Assembly: GCA_017560455.1 (NCBI GenBank)
Contig: JAFZEY010000099.1
Coordinates: 1,294-65,293 of the forward strand
Length of the DNA stretch: 64,000 bases
Direction of reading: 5' to 3'
Source: Alistipes sp.
Lineage (GTDB): Bacteria; Bacteroidota; Bacteroidia; Bacteroidales; Rikenellaceae
The first letter of the stretch is position 1. Each line of letters opens with the position of its first letter. The notes beneath the pieces are model-generated. The model saw only the letters and a list, made by a program, of their open reading frames with translations. It did not search any database and had not been told where the DNA came from. The position numbers and the translations under genes are program-made. Shown here piece by piece: positions 8,801 to 17,003 of the stretch.

Positions 8801-10053
8801 TTGAAGATACCATCGTTCTGGTTGAGATATGTAGGAACAAAAACAACTTTAACCTTCGACTCGGCTCTGTCGAGCACGCTGCCATTTATGGCATTTGCCA
8901 CCTGATCCCAAGCCTGATACTCCAGGATGTGGGTCGAGTAGCGATACTGCAAGGCATCGATCGGCTGCGACTTATCCTGCAAGTGCGCCTGCAAGTCGCG
9001 ACGAGCACCACGATTTGCTGCCGGCACGGTAACATAGGCCAACACCTCGCGGTCGAGTTTACCCGATGTTTCGAGCGACTTCAACACCTCAAAGAAGAGA
9101 TCCAAACCCTTATTATGGAATTCGTAGCGACCACTCGTGCCTATGATAAACGGCTCCTTCTCGAACTTATACGAGAGGCAAGCCTCTGCCACCTCAATCA
9201 TCGCCCTGCGAGCCTCCTTGCGCTTCCTGTCATACTCCTTGCCTGTCCAGACAAAGTCATTCTCGAAGCCGTTAGGGGTAACGACATCGACCTCCTTGCC
9301 GAGCAGATATGCACACTCGCGAGCCGTAATATCGCTCACCGAGAGGAAGGCGTCGTGATTCTTCGCACCAATCTTCTCAATAGAGTGCTTCGCCACGACA
9401 TTGAACTGGCGAGCCAAGTCATCGGCATTAAACTGCTCCAAGTTACCATAGAGAGGAAGGTTATTGCCCGCGATACAACGACCCATAACTGTTGCGTGAG
9501 TACTCATCACAGTAGCGATATACGGCGAATGGTTGCGCAGATAAAGACCTCCCGAGCAGGTCATCCACTCGTGGAAGTGCGCCACCGCCTTATCGGTTGT
9601 TGCACAGAAGGTATCGACATACGACTCGATAACCTTACCCGCCAAATAGCCAAACAAGACAGGCTCGACATAGTCCCACTGTCCCGAGATAGAGTCCACC
9701 TTATACGACTCCCACAACTCCTTCAACACCTCATCCTTATTCGAGAAGAGAGTCGTGAAATCTATCAATATCGCAATCGGATTACCGCAAACATTCCAAC
9801 GACCAATACGCGCACGAATACCGTCATTATATAACGATTGGCGCCAACTCTTCAAAAGCATCGGATCCTCCTGAAACTCCGAAAGCTCGCAATCCTGCGA
9901 GAAATCGGGTCCGATGGTGATATACTTATCGCCCAACTGATTTGAGACCGTCAAAGCCTTTGTCGCCAATACGGTATGGATACCTCCAACCTTATTGCAC
10001 ACCTCCCAGCTAACCTCAAACAAAACATCCGGACTAAATTTTACTTCGCTCAT
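5803..10053 (-). CDS. glgP: Fused GT3-type glycogen synthase + GT35 alpha-glucan phosphorylase (1416 aa)
   Basis: N half has FEVSWEVCNKVGGIHTV, HFHEW, SGRYEFHNKG and PSYYEPWGYTPLE. C half has YSGGLGILAGD, NEGH, FARRFATYKRA and EASGTSGEK (PLP Lys). Confidence 0.92.
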   Translation of the reverse strand: MSEVKFSPDVLFEVSWEVCNKVGGIHTVLATKALTVSNQLGDKYITIGPDFSQDCELSEFQEDPMLLKSWRQSLYNDGIRARIGRWNVCGNPIAILIDFTTLFSNKDEVLKELWESYKVDSISGQWDYVEPVLFGYLAGKVIESYVDTFCATTDKAVAHFHEWMTCSGGLYLRNHSPYIATVMSTHATVMGRCIAGNNLPLYGNLEQFNADDLARQFNVVAKHSIEKIGAKNHDAFLSVSDITARECAYLLGKEVDVVTPNGFENDFVWTGKEYDRKRKEARRAMIEVAEACLSYKFEKEPFIIGTSGRYEFHNKGLDLFFEVLKSLETSGKLDREVLAYVTVPAANRGARRDLQAHLQDKSQPIDALQYRYSTHILEYQAWDQVANAINGSVLDRAESKVKVVFVPTYLNQNDGIFNKSYYELLVGMDLTIYPSYYEPWGYTPLESVAFSVPTITTTLAGFGVWAAEQEQNKGVVVVERNDNNAAEAVSSATDAVLRLLAMNEEEVGEVRKAAFDMSKNALWDKLFAYYRKAYEYAIESCVARTNRAVIGDGGTSAEQINFVRQQLFVERPNWQRVMVEKLLPTRLHPLEELSRNLWWSWTLGARDLFEAIDKELWVEVDRNPIALLDKVSMERLSEIEQDKEFLAKMDAVYAQFQEYMNEKPNPKAPKIAYFSMEYGLHHSLKIYSGGLGILAGDYIKEASDRNTPMVAVGLLYRYGYFTQRLSAQGAQEATYEAQNFFKLPILPVREEDGSWVTTQVALPGRTLSARVWRCQVGRTPLYLLDADYEANLEEDRQVTHHLYGGDWENRLKQEVLLGIGGIRALAKMGIKQEVYHCNEGHAAFIGVERIRNLMSRKKLSFSEALEVVRSSSLFTTHTPVPAGHDAFPESMIRQYMSHYPDTLGITWDQYINLGKVNPNDPNERFSMSVLACNLSQEVNGVSWLHGEVSKDLLGNMWPGYFKKELHIGYVTNGVHFPTWTASNMRRLYSRYFPKGFEGHTYDIPEWQKVYNIPDEELWSERMFLKQRLIKTIKRRYADPTQVRFDRPSQMVQVAERIKPEVLTIGFARRFATYKRAYLLFSNLERLSAIVNNKERPVQFIFAGKAHPADKPGQDLIKRIVEVSLMPEFVGKIIFLQNYDMELARRMVQGVDVWLNTPTRPLEASGTSGEKCVMNGVMQFSVLDGWWVEGYKENGGWALPMERTFADQGHQDELDAEMIYSTIEEQIVPKYYARNEKGIPTDWVASVKKCISDIASNFTTNRMLIDYEERFYNKLAARKRDVTSNNYLLAREIAAWKRRVSAAWDSVKVVDSQRVRVDKESMMLGEKYHFEVKVDVATLTAEEIGVELVVAKQVVGSQSPDITLTEQLRLVNVEGTIATYALDVTPTRTGAFDIALRVYPKNESLPYRMDFALVKWA

Positions 10054-10093
10054 AACCTTCTGATAACTTGTTATTTATTACTCAATCACATTG

Positions 10094-10101
10094 CAAATAT
10101 A
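10094..10101 (-). promoter_or_regulatory. Bacteroidetes -7 promoter element (TATATTTG) for the synthase/phosphorylase gene
   Basis: Matches TAnnTTTG on the minus strand, 40 nt before the start codon. Confidence 0.65.
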
Positions 10102-10176
10102 CGACTATTATGCAACAAAACAAAGCAATTATTAAATTTTTTTAATAATTTATTTATTATGCTTCGGCTGCCTCTT

Positions 10177-11301
10177 CTACATCTCCATAAGTGAGGATAT
10201 TACCAGGTCCGAGAGCAGCATCTTCTCGGGTAGAATTCGCAGACCGTCACCATCGCGTACAACAAGCTCCGCAACGCCCGCTTTTACCGCCTCACGCTCC
10301 AACATCTCGCGTTTTTCAATGCCAAAATCACGCTCCACCTTACCGAGCGAAATACCCTCTGCACATCGCAGCGAGGTCATTACATACTCATTAAACTTAT
10401 CGAGCTTCGCAAGCTCCTCCGAGCCATACTCCACTCCCCCGATATACTCCTCGATAGGCTGCTCGCACCAACGGCGCACCTCGCCATTATAGGAGTGAGC
10501 ACCCGCACCCACGCCGAGATACTCCACACCCTGCCAATATGACGAGTTGTGACGCGAGCGACATCCCGACAGAGCATAGTTCGACACCTCGTAGTGTTCA
10601 TATCCCGCCTTCGTAAGGGTGTTATGCACCTGCAAGAACTCGGCTTCGCTGCGCTCCTCCTCGGTTTCGCGCATCTCACCTCGCGCCAGCATACGACCAA
10701 AGCGAGTACCCTCCTCGATAGTGAGATGATAGGCCGAGATATGCTGCACTCCCATCGCCAAAACACCCTGCAATGTTTGCGCCAGCACCTCACCGCCAAA
10801 GCCCTCAACACCAAAAATTACATCTACCGAAATATTTCCATATCCCGCCTCCTGCAACATCCTCACCGCCTCCACCGCCTGCTGTGCGGAGTGGCGGCGT
10901 CCCATAAATCGAAGGCAGTCGTCATCGAGCGACTGCACACCCATAGATATTCTATTAACCGATGTCTTGCGCAGCTCGGCAACATAATCCGCGGTTATAT
11001 CATCGGGATTAACCTCGATGGTCACCTCCTCCAAACCCGAGCAATCGAACTGCTCGCGTACCTGCTTCACAAAGTTCTCAATCTCGCTCGGAGCAAGCAA
11101 TGAAGGGGTACCCCCGCCAAAGTATATTGTACGAATCGACTTATCGTGCAGAAAAGCCGCCTGCTCGCGCAACTCTCTATGCATAGCCTCGACAACCGCA
11201 GGAATATATTTCAACTTCACACTGCGGTAGAAGTCGCAGTATCCGCACAACCTCTTACAAAACGGAATATGAAAATAGACAGACGACATCGGCTCATACA
11301 A
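10177..11301 (-). CDS. hemW: Radical SAM heme chaperone HemW (HemN-like)
   Basis: YFHIPFCKRLCGYCDF (CxxxCxxC), GGGTPS, HYEVSNYA and HNSSYW. The start may be 11289. Confidence 0.88.
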   Translation of the reverse strand: MYEPMSSVYFHIPFCKRLCGYCDFYRSVKLKYIPAVVEAMHRELREQAAFLHDKSIRTIYFGGGTPSLLAPSEIENFVKQVREQFDCSGLEEVTIEVNPDDITADYVAELRKTSVNRISMGVQSLDDDCLRFMGRRHSAQQAVEAVRMLQEAGYGNISVDVIFGVEGFGGEVLAQTLQGVLAMGVQHISAYHLTIEEGTRFGRMLARGEMRETEEERSEAEFLQVHNTLTKAGYEHYEVSNYALSGCRSRHNSSYWQGVEYLGVGAGAHSYNGEVRRWCEQPIEEYIGGVEYGSEELAKLDKFNEYVMTSLRCAEGISLGKVERDFGIEKREMLEREAVKAGVAELVVRDGDGLRILPEKMLLSDLVISSLMEM

Positions 11302-11404
11302 TTTTGTCCTAACAAATATAGCAATAAAAATGGAAAACCGAAAGAGAGAAGGCTCAAAACCATTAAAAAAAGTTGGACATAGTTGTAATTGGCGAAATTT
11401 TCGC

Positions 11405-11412
11405 TATCTTTG
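11405..11412 (+). promoter_or_regulatory. -7 promoter element for tRNA-Leu
   Basis: TATCTTTG, 10 nt upstream of the tRNA 5' end. Confidence 0.7.
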
Positions 11413-11422
11413 CACTTGCAAT

Positions 11423-11503
11423 GCCCAGATGGCGAAATGGTAGACGCGCTCGTTTCAGGTGCGAGTGCTGAGAGGCGTGTAGGTTCGAGTCCTATTCTGG
11501 GCA
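11423..11503 (+). tRNA. tRNA-Leu (anticodon CAG); CCA not encoded
   Basis: Acceptor stem GCCCAGA/TCTGGGC + A, anticodon arm CTCGT-TTCAGGT-GCGAG, long variable arm, T-loop GGTTCGAGTCC. Confidence 0.95.
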
Positions 11504-11507
11504 CCTC

Positions 11508-11538
11508 AAAAGGAGTTTTCTTCGGAAAGCTCCTTTTT
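11508..11538 (+). terminator. Intrinsic terminator after tRNA
   Basis: AAAAGGAGTTTTC-TTCG-GAAAGCTCCTTTTT. Confidence 0.85.
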
Positions 11539-11785
11539 CGTTTGCCCGAATAAGACTCGTTCAGCCGGTGGCGGTGTGGCAAAGTTATCTGCAAGTTGCG
11601 CGATAGTCATTGTTGCTATGCAACTACGATAACGAATTAAATATCATCACCTCAAATAAATTTGGTTGCTGCTATTTAATTCATTCTCTAAAACCACTGG
11701 TTTTAATGTCTATCTCTCATCTTTTGCTCTGCTCAAACCTGCTACGACCGTTCGAGTACGGTTGTGGAAAATTGGAAGGTTGCGG

Positions 11786-11841
11786 ATTAGGGAGTTTTAT
11801 GAAATTAGGGAATTTGGGAAATCTTCTTTAAACTCCCTAAT
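11786..11841. repeat. Inverted repeat built from TTAGGGAGT-like units
   Basis: ATTAGGGAGTTT (11786-11797) / AAACTCCCTAAT (11830-11841), with a second ATTAGGGAATTT inside. Confidence 0.65.
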
Positions 11842-12021
11842 TTCACTACTTACCACTCTACTAATTACTCCCTGCTCTCTATCTTCACCCTCCGTTTTCC
11901 GTTTAAAGACGCTCTCTTTGCGGTTTTTGAGCAACCCTAAAATGGGACCATGAAAATAAAACAATTAAAAACATTCAAAAGTTTTTCTGTTTTACATTTT
12001 TTTATTACCTTTGTACTGAGT

Positions 12022-12795
12022 ATGAAGCAAAGTAGGACCATATTCTTAACAAACGATGACAGCTACCGCAGCAAGGGATTTGAGGCGGCGATAGAGATTG
12101 CTCGCAAATTCGGTCGAGTGATAGCTGTTGCGCCCGATGCACCTCAGAGCGGTAAGAGCCAAGCCATCACCATTTACAACCCTCTCTACCTGCGCAAAGT
12201 ACGCGACGAGGAGGATGTAACAGTCTATTCGCTGAACGGCACACCCGTAGATTGCGTGAAGATGGCATTCGACCACCTTCTCTGCGACGAGAAAATCGAC
12301 TTGGCAATATCGGGAATCAACCACGGCTCAAACGCGGCAGTGAATGTTCTCTACTCGGGAACCATGGGTGCCGCCATCGAGACCACATTCTACAACATTC
12401 CGAGCATAGGACTCTCCCTTACAGACCACGACCTCGATGCCAACTTCGAGGGTGCAATAAAGTACGGAACGCAGATTATCGAAGCCGTATTGGCCGACGA
12501 TACTCTGCCACGCTCGTTGTGTTTGAATGTAAATGTTCCGAATATCCCTTGCGAGGAGATTAAGGGCGTCCGCGCCTCACGACAGACAAAAGGTTATTGG
12601 CGAGAAGAGTTCTACAAGCGCACCGACCCGCATGGTCGCGACTACTTTTGGCTCACGGGAGCATTCTCGAATGCCGAACCACAGGCGGAAGACACGGATG
12701 AGTGGGCTTTGGCAAACGGTTATGTATCGGTAGTACCCGTACAGATCGATTTGACGGCCTACGAACAGATAGAGCAATTGAAGAAGATTTTATAG
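12022..12795 (+). CDS. surE: 5'/3'-nucleotidase SurE
   Basis: IFLTNDD, GTPVDCV and SGINHGSNAAVNVLYSGTMGAA. Start moved to 12022 because a TACCTTTG promoter lies at 12006-12013. Confidence 0.92.
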   Translation: MKQSRTIFLTNDDSYRSKGFEAAIEIARKFGRVIAVAPDAPQSGKSQAITIYNPLYLRKVRDEEDVTVYSLNGTPVDCVKMAFDHLLCDEKIDLAISGINHGSNAAVNVLYSGTMGAAIETTFYNIPSIGLSLTDHDLDANFEGAIKYGTQIIEAVLADDTLPRSLCLNVNVPNIPCEEIKGVRASRQTKGYWREEFYKRTDPHGRDYFWLTGAFSNAEPQAEDTDEWALANGYVSVVPVQIDLTAYEQIEQLKKIL

Positions 12796-12813
12796 TGACA
12801 GAGCTAAACAGCT

Positions 12814-13779
12814 ATGTTGGGTATAGGACTTAAGGTTGTAATGGTGATAATAATGGTAGTACAGCTGTTGGCTATCGGCTATGCTACACACCTGGTCAGC
12901 CGTACCAAATATAGCGTGATATGGATCTTGTGCATCATAGGTTTTACAATCTCGTTCGGACAGCATCTCTATATGATATGGTCCGACGGAAGCGTAGATA
13001 TCTCGCACTTTCTCATATCGGATGTTGTAACTTCGTTATGTATAGTCGTTGCGGTTCTATTCTCGAATCGGCTTGTCAAGCATAGCGAGATGTTGACACA
13101 ACAACGCTCTCTGATGAGCAAGCGCATCCTCTCGGCCGTAATGCACACCGAGGAGCGATCACGCTCACAGTTCGCCAAGGAGCTGCACGACGGAATGGGG
13201 CCACTGCTCTCCTCGGCAAAGATGTCGCTTTCGGCAATCTCGGACAAGGACCTGAGTGCCGAGCAGCGCGAGATACTGCAAAACACCCGTTATGTAATTA
13301 ACGAGGCAATTCGTTCTGTAAGAGAGATATCGAGCAATATGTCGCCACAGGTACTTATGGACTTCGGATTGGCGCAGGGAGTGCAGAACTTCATCTCGAG
13401 AATTTCGGCTCTTCACACCGTCGATATCGAGTTTGCGACAAACCTCGACAAGGAGCGTTTCGACAACGATGTAGAGATTGTTACATACAGAGTCATTTGC
13501 GAGTTGATGAACAATTCGCTCAAGCACTCGAAATGTACAAACATCACGGTATCGTTGATATTGGAGGGATCGAAGCTTTTGCTCAACTACGCCGACAACG
13601 GCCGCGGATTTAATCCGGACAAGGTATCGTCAAACGGCATGGGACTATCCAACATAACCTCGCGCATAGATTCGCTGAACGGACACATCTCCATCAGCAG
13701 TGGCGAGAACGAGGGCATGAGCGCGGTAGCAAGTATCGACACAAAGAGAAGAGATTATAGTACAAAATATCGCAATTAG
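12814..13779 (+). CDS. Membrane sensor histidine kinase (HisKA_3/NarX-type)
   Basis: About three N-terminal TM segments, then FAKELHDGMG, ELMNNSLKHS, DNGRGF and GMGLSNI. Confidence 0.9.
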   Translation: MLGIGLKVVMVIIMVVQLLAIGYATHLVSRTKYSVIWILCIIGFTISFGQHLYMIWSDGSVDISHFLISDVVTSLCIVVAVLFSNRLVKHSEMLTQQRSLMSKRILSAVMHTEERSRSQFAKELHDGMGPLLSSAKMSLSAISDKDLSAEQREILQNTRYVINEAIRSVREISSNMSPQVLMDFGLAQGVQNFISRISALHTVDIEFATNLDKERFDNDVEIVTYRVICELMNNSLKHSKCTNITVSLILEGSKLLLNYADNGRGFNPDKVSSNGMGLSNITSRIDSLNGHISISSGENEGMSAVASIDTKRRDYSTKYRN

Positions 13780-13780
13780 A

Positions 13781-14416
13781 ATGAGCAGAGAGATACGCAT
13801 AGCACTTGTCGATGATCACGCTCTCTTTCGCAATGGTTTGCGAGGGCTAATTGATGGTAAACACAACTGCCGAGTGGTGGCAGAGGCGAGCGACGGCGAG
13901 GAGTTTTTGGCAAACGAGGCAGCCATAAATGCCGATGTCGTGTTTATGGATATTGCAATGCCGACACTCTCAGGCGATAAGGCTACGGTAATAGCCCTGG
14001 AGCGCAACCCAAACCTGAAGGTAATATGCCTTTCGATGTTCGGAGATGAGAAGTACTACTCGTGCATGATTGAGGCAGGAGCAAAGGGCTTTCTGCTGAA
14101 AGATTCCTCGGTGGAGGAGGTATTCGCAGCCATCGAGAGCGTTATGGCCGACGAGGAGTATATTTGCAGCGCCGTAATGGAGGCTCTTTCGAGCGCAATA
14201 CGCCGCAACGAGGAGGTGGGAACACTCTCCGACCGCGAGACAGATGTATTGCTCGGCATCTGCCAGGGACTTTCGACACAGGAGATTGCCAGCAAGCTAT
14301 TCCTGTCGAAGCGCACGGTAGATTCGCACCGAGCGAACATACTCGAAAAGACGGGTTCGAACAATACGGCAAGCCTTGTAGTATATGCAATAAAACACAA
14401 CTTAGTTGAAATATAA
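13781..14416 (+). CDS. NarL/LuxR-family response regulator
   Basis: LVDDH, FMDIAMP, GFLLKD, and a C-terminal HTH LSDRE...IASKLFLSKRTVDSHRANI. Confidence 0.92.
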   Translation: MSREIRIALVDDHALFRNGLRGLIDGKHNCRVVAEASDGEEFLANEAAINADVVFMDIAMPTLSGDKATVIALERNPNLKVICLSMFGDEKYYSCMIEAGAKGFLLKDSSVEEVFAAIESVMADEEYICSAVMEALSSAIRRNEEVGTLSDRETDVLLGICQGLSTQEIASKLFLSKRTVDSHRANILEKTGSNNTASLVVYAIKHNLVEI

Positions 14417-14457
14417 CAACAAACAAACCTAACTAACATTTCTAAAAGTTAATTACT

Positions 14458-15795
14458 ATGAATGTACAAGAGATTATGCTCGACTTGGAGCGCAAGCACC
14501 CAGGTGAGAGCGAGTACCTGCAAGCGGTACGCGAGGTGTTGGAGTCTATCGAGGAGGTTTACAACCAGCATCCAGAGTTTGAGAAGGCAAAGATCGTAGA
14601 GCGTATGGTTGAGCCTGATCGTATCATCACTTTCCGTGTAACTTGGGTTGATGACAATGGCAACATCCAGACAAACCTTGGTTACCGTGTTCAGTTCAAC
14701 TCGGCAATCGGTCCTTACAAGGGCGGTATCCGTTTCCACAAGGCTGTTAACCTTTCGATGTTGAAGTTCCTCGGTTTCGAGCAGACTTTCAAGAACGCAC
14801 TTACTACACTCCCTATGGGTGGTGCTAAGGGTGGTTCGGACTTCGATCCAATCGGCAAGAGCGACGCTGAAATCATGCGTTTCTGCCAGGCTTTCATGTG
14901 GGAGTTGTGGAACAACATTGGTCCAGACACCGATGTCCCTGCAGGTGATGTTGGCGTAGGTGGTCGTGAGATTGGCTACATGTACGGTATGTACAAGAAA
15001 TTGGCTCGCGAGTACAACACAGGCGTACTCACAGGTAAGGGCCTCTCTTGGGGTGGTTCACTCATCCGTCCTGAGGCTACAGGTTTCGGCGCATTGTACT
15101 TCGTTGAGCACATGCTCAACCGTGCAGGCAAGGAGTTGAAGGGTGCAACAGTTGCTATCTCGGGCTTCGGTAATGTAGCTTGGGGTGCTGCAACTAAGGC
15201 TACCGAGCTCGGCGCAAAGGTTATTGCTATCTCTGGTCCGGACGGTGTTGTTTACAACCCTAACGGTATGACCGAGGAGAAGCTCAACTATATGTTGGAG
15301 TTGCGTTCTTCGAACCGCAATATCGTAGCTCCATTTGCTGAGAAGTTCACCGATGCTACTTTCATCCCTGGTAAGAAGGCTTGGAGCGTAAAGTGTGATA
15401 TCGCACTCCCTTGCGCATTCCAGAACGAGTTGACAGGTGCTGATGCTGAGGAGTTGCTCGCAAACGGCACTTGGTGTGTTGCTGAGGTTTCGAACATGGG
15501 TTGTACCCCTGAGGCTATCGCTGCATTCCAGAAGGCTCGCATCTTGTTCGCTCCTGGTAAGGCAGTAAACGCTGGTGGTGTTGCTACTTCAGGTTTGGAG
15601 ATGACTCAGAATGCAATGCACATTTCGTGGTCGGCAGCTGAGGTTGACGAGAAGTTGCACTACATCATGCAGTCTATCCACGAGGCATGCGTTAAGTCGG
15701 GTGCTGAGGGTGACTACACCAACTATGTTAAGGGTGCAAACATCGCAGGTTTCTTGAAGGTTGCTCAGGCAATGCTCGAGCAGGGTATTGTTTAA
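14458..15795 (+). CDS. gdhA: Glutamate dehydrogenase (NADP-type GdhA family)
   Basis: GPYKGGIRFH, GGAKGGSDF, DVPAGD, RPEATG and ISGFGNV. Codon bias is that of a highly expressed gene. Confidence 0.95.
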   Translation: MNVQEIMLDLERKHPGESEYLQAVREVLESIEEVYNQHPEFEKAKIVERMVEPDRIITFRVTWVDDNGNIQTNLGYRVQFNSAIGPYKGGIRFHKAVNLSMLKFLGFEQTFKNALTTLPMGGAKGGSDFDPIGKSDAEIMRFCQAFMWELWNNIGPDTDVPAGDVGVGGREIGYMYGMYKKLAREYNTGVLTGKGLSWGGSLIRPEATGFGALYFVEHMLNRAGKELKGATVAISGFGNVAWGAATKATELGAKVIAISGPDGVVYNPNGMTEEKLNYMLELRSSNRNIVAPFAEKFTDATFIPGKKAWSVKCDIALPCAFQNELTGADAEELLANGTWCVAEVSNMGCTPEAIAAFQKARILFAPGKAVNAGGVATSGLEMTQNAMHISWSAAEVDEKLHYIMQSIHEACVKSGAEGDYTNYVKGANIAGFLKVAQAMLEQGIV

Positions 15796-15819
15796 TCGAC
15801 AATCTGCAAAGAATAATCA

Positions 15820-15849
15820 GGATAGGGGGCTTTGCTCCCTATCTTTTTT
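15820..15849 (+). terminator. Intrinsic terminator after gdhA
   Basis: GGATAGGGGGC-TTT-GCTCCCTATCT followed by a T tract. Confidence 0.8.
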
Positions 15850-15905
15850 ATATACACTAAAGTGTAAAATTTGTCAATCAGAACGATTTTTAATATCTTT
15901 GCGGT

Positions 15906-16916
15906 ATGATAAGATATTTCGAGAACATAGATATCACGGAGCGCAACTCATTCCATGTGCGACAGATAGCCAAACGACTTGTCGAATTCGACCGCGCAGA
16001 GGAACTGCCCGAACTCTTTGCCAAGTATGGCACGGAAAATTGGTATGTGCTGAGCGGAGGAAACAACATTCTCTTCACACAGGATGCAGAGCCACTTCTT
16101 ATTACACCGTGCGACAATCGTATAGAGGTTATCGGCTATATGGGTGACAAGGTGCGCGTAAAGGTGGGCGCAGGTGTTGAGTGGGATGACCTGGTGGCGT
16201 GGAGCGTGGAGCACGACTTGTGGGGCATCGAGAACTTATCACTCATACCCGGCAAGGCGGGTGCAGCACCCGTACAGAACATCGGTGCATATGGCGTAGA
16301 GGCAAAAGATGCCATTCGCGCTGTCGAGATGTACTTTGTCGAGGGTGGCAACTTCGCATCTCTTACCGCTGAGCACTGCGCTTTCGGCTATCGTGAGAGC
16401 GTATTCAAGCAGTCACTCAAGGGTCGTGTCGTAATTACCGCCATAGAGATAGAGCTCTCGAAAACTCCAAATCCGCAACTCGGCTATGGCGATGTCGTGC
16501 GCGAGGTGGAGGCGCGAGGTGGTGCCACTTTGGCAAATATCCGCGATGCAATATGCTCTATTCGCCGTTCGAAGCTCCCTGACACCGCTATTTTGGGCAA
16601 TGCGGGCAGCTTCTTCAAAAACCCTATCGTCGAGAGCGAGGTGGCGGAGCGACTTCGTGCCGAGTATCCCGACATCCCAACATATCCAGCACAGGAGGAG
16701 GGCAAGGTAAATCTTGCTGCCGGCTGGCTTATCGACAAGGCGGGAATGAAGGGCCACAAGGAGGGAAATGTAGGCGTACACGAGCGCCAGGCATTAGTTT
16801 TGGTAAATCTCGGAGGTGCTACGGGTGGAGAGGTCTTGACCTTCGCCCACAAGATTGTAGCCACCGTGCGCGAGAAGTTCGGCATCGAGATTTCGCCCGA
16901 GGTGAATATTTTATAA
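15906..16916 (+). CDS. murB: UDP-N-acetylenolpyruvoylglucosamine reductase
   Basis: IENLSLIPG, PVQNIGAYG, FGYRES, GNAGSFFKNP, QALVLVN and PEVN. Confidence 0.95.
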   Translation: MIRYFENIDITERNSFHVRQIAKRLVEFDRAEELPELFAKYGTENWYVLSGGNNILFTQDAEPLLITPCDNRIEVIGYMGDKVRVKVGAGVEWDDLVAWSVEHDLWGIENLSLIPGKAGAAPVQNIGAYGVEAKDAIRAVEMYFVEGGNFASLTAEHCAFGYRESVFKQSLKGRVVITAIEIELSKTPNPQLGYGDVVREVEARGGATLANIRDAICSIRRSKLPDTAILGNAGSFFKNPIVESEVAERLRAEYPDIPTYPAQEEGKVNLAAGWLIDKAGMKGHKEGNVGVHERQALVLVNLGGATGGEVLTFAHKIVATVREKFGIEISPEVNIL

Positions 16917-17003
16917 ATTGATAATTGACAAAATTAGAGGCGATTGAGGGAATTTGACGACTAACTATCGGCGTAAAATACACCAATCAGAACAATTTTT
17001 ACC

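Noticed and set aside
11584-11633. Hairpin as an integron attC site
   Set aside because: It runs GTT...AAC rather than RYYYAAC...GTTRRRY, and there is no integrase or cassette ORF.
11423-11950. Prophage or ICE integrated at tRNA-Leu
   Set aside because: There is no integrase, I saw no duplicated tRNA 3' end, and housekeeping genes resume within about 500 bp.
12022-12080. Single-residue motif variants (SurE NDDS for NDDG; IspD QDGVRP for HDGxRP)
   Set aside because: The other catalytic motifs are intact, and one substitution is not enough to infer altered function.
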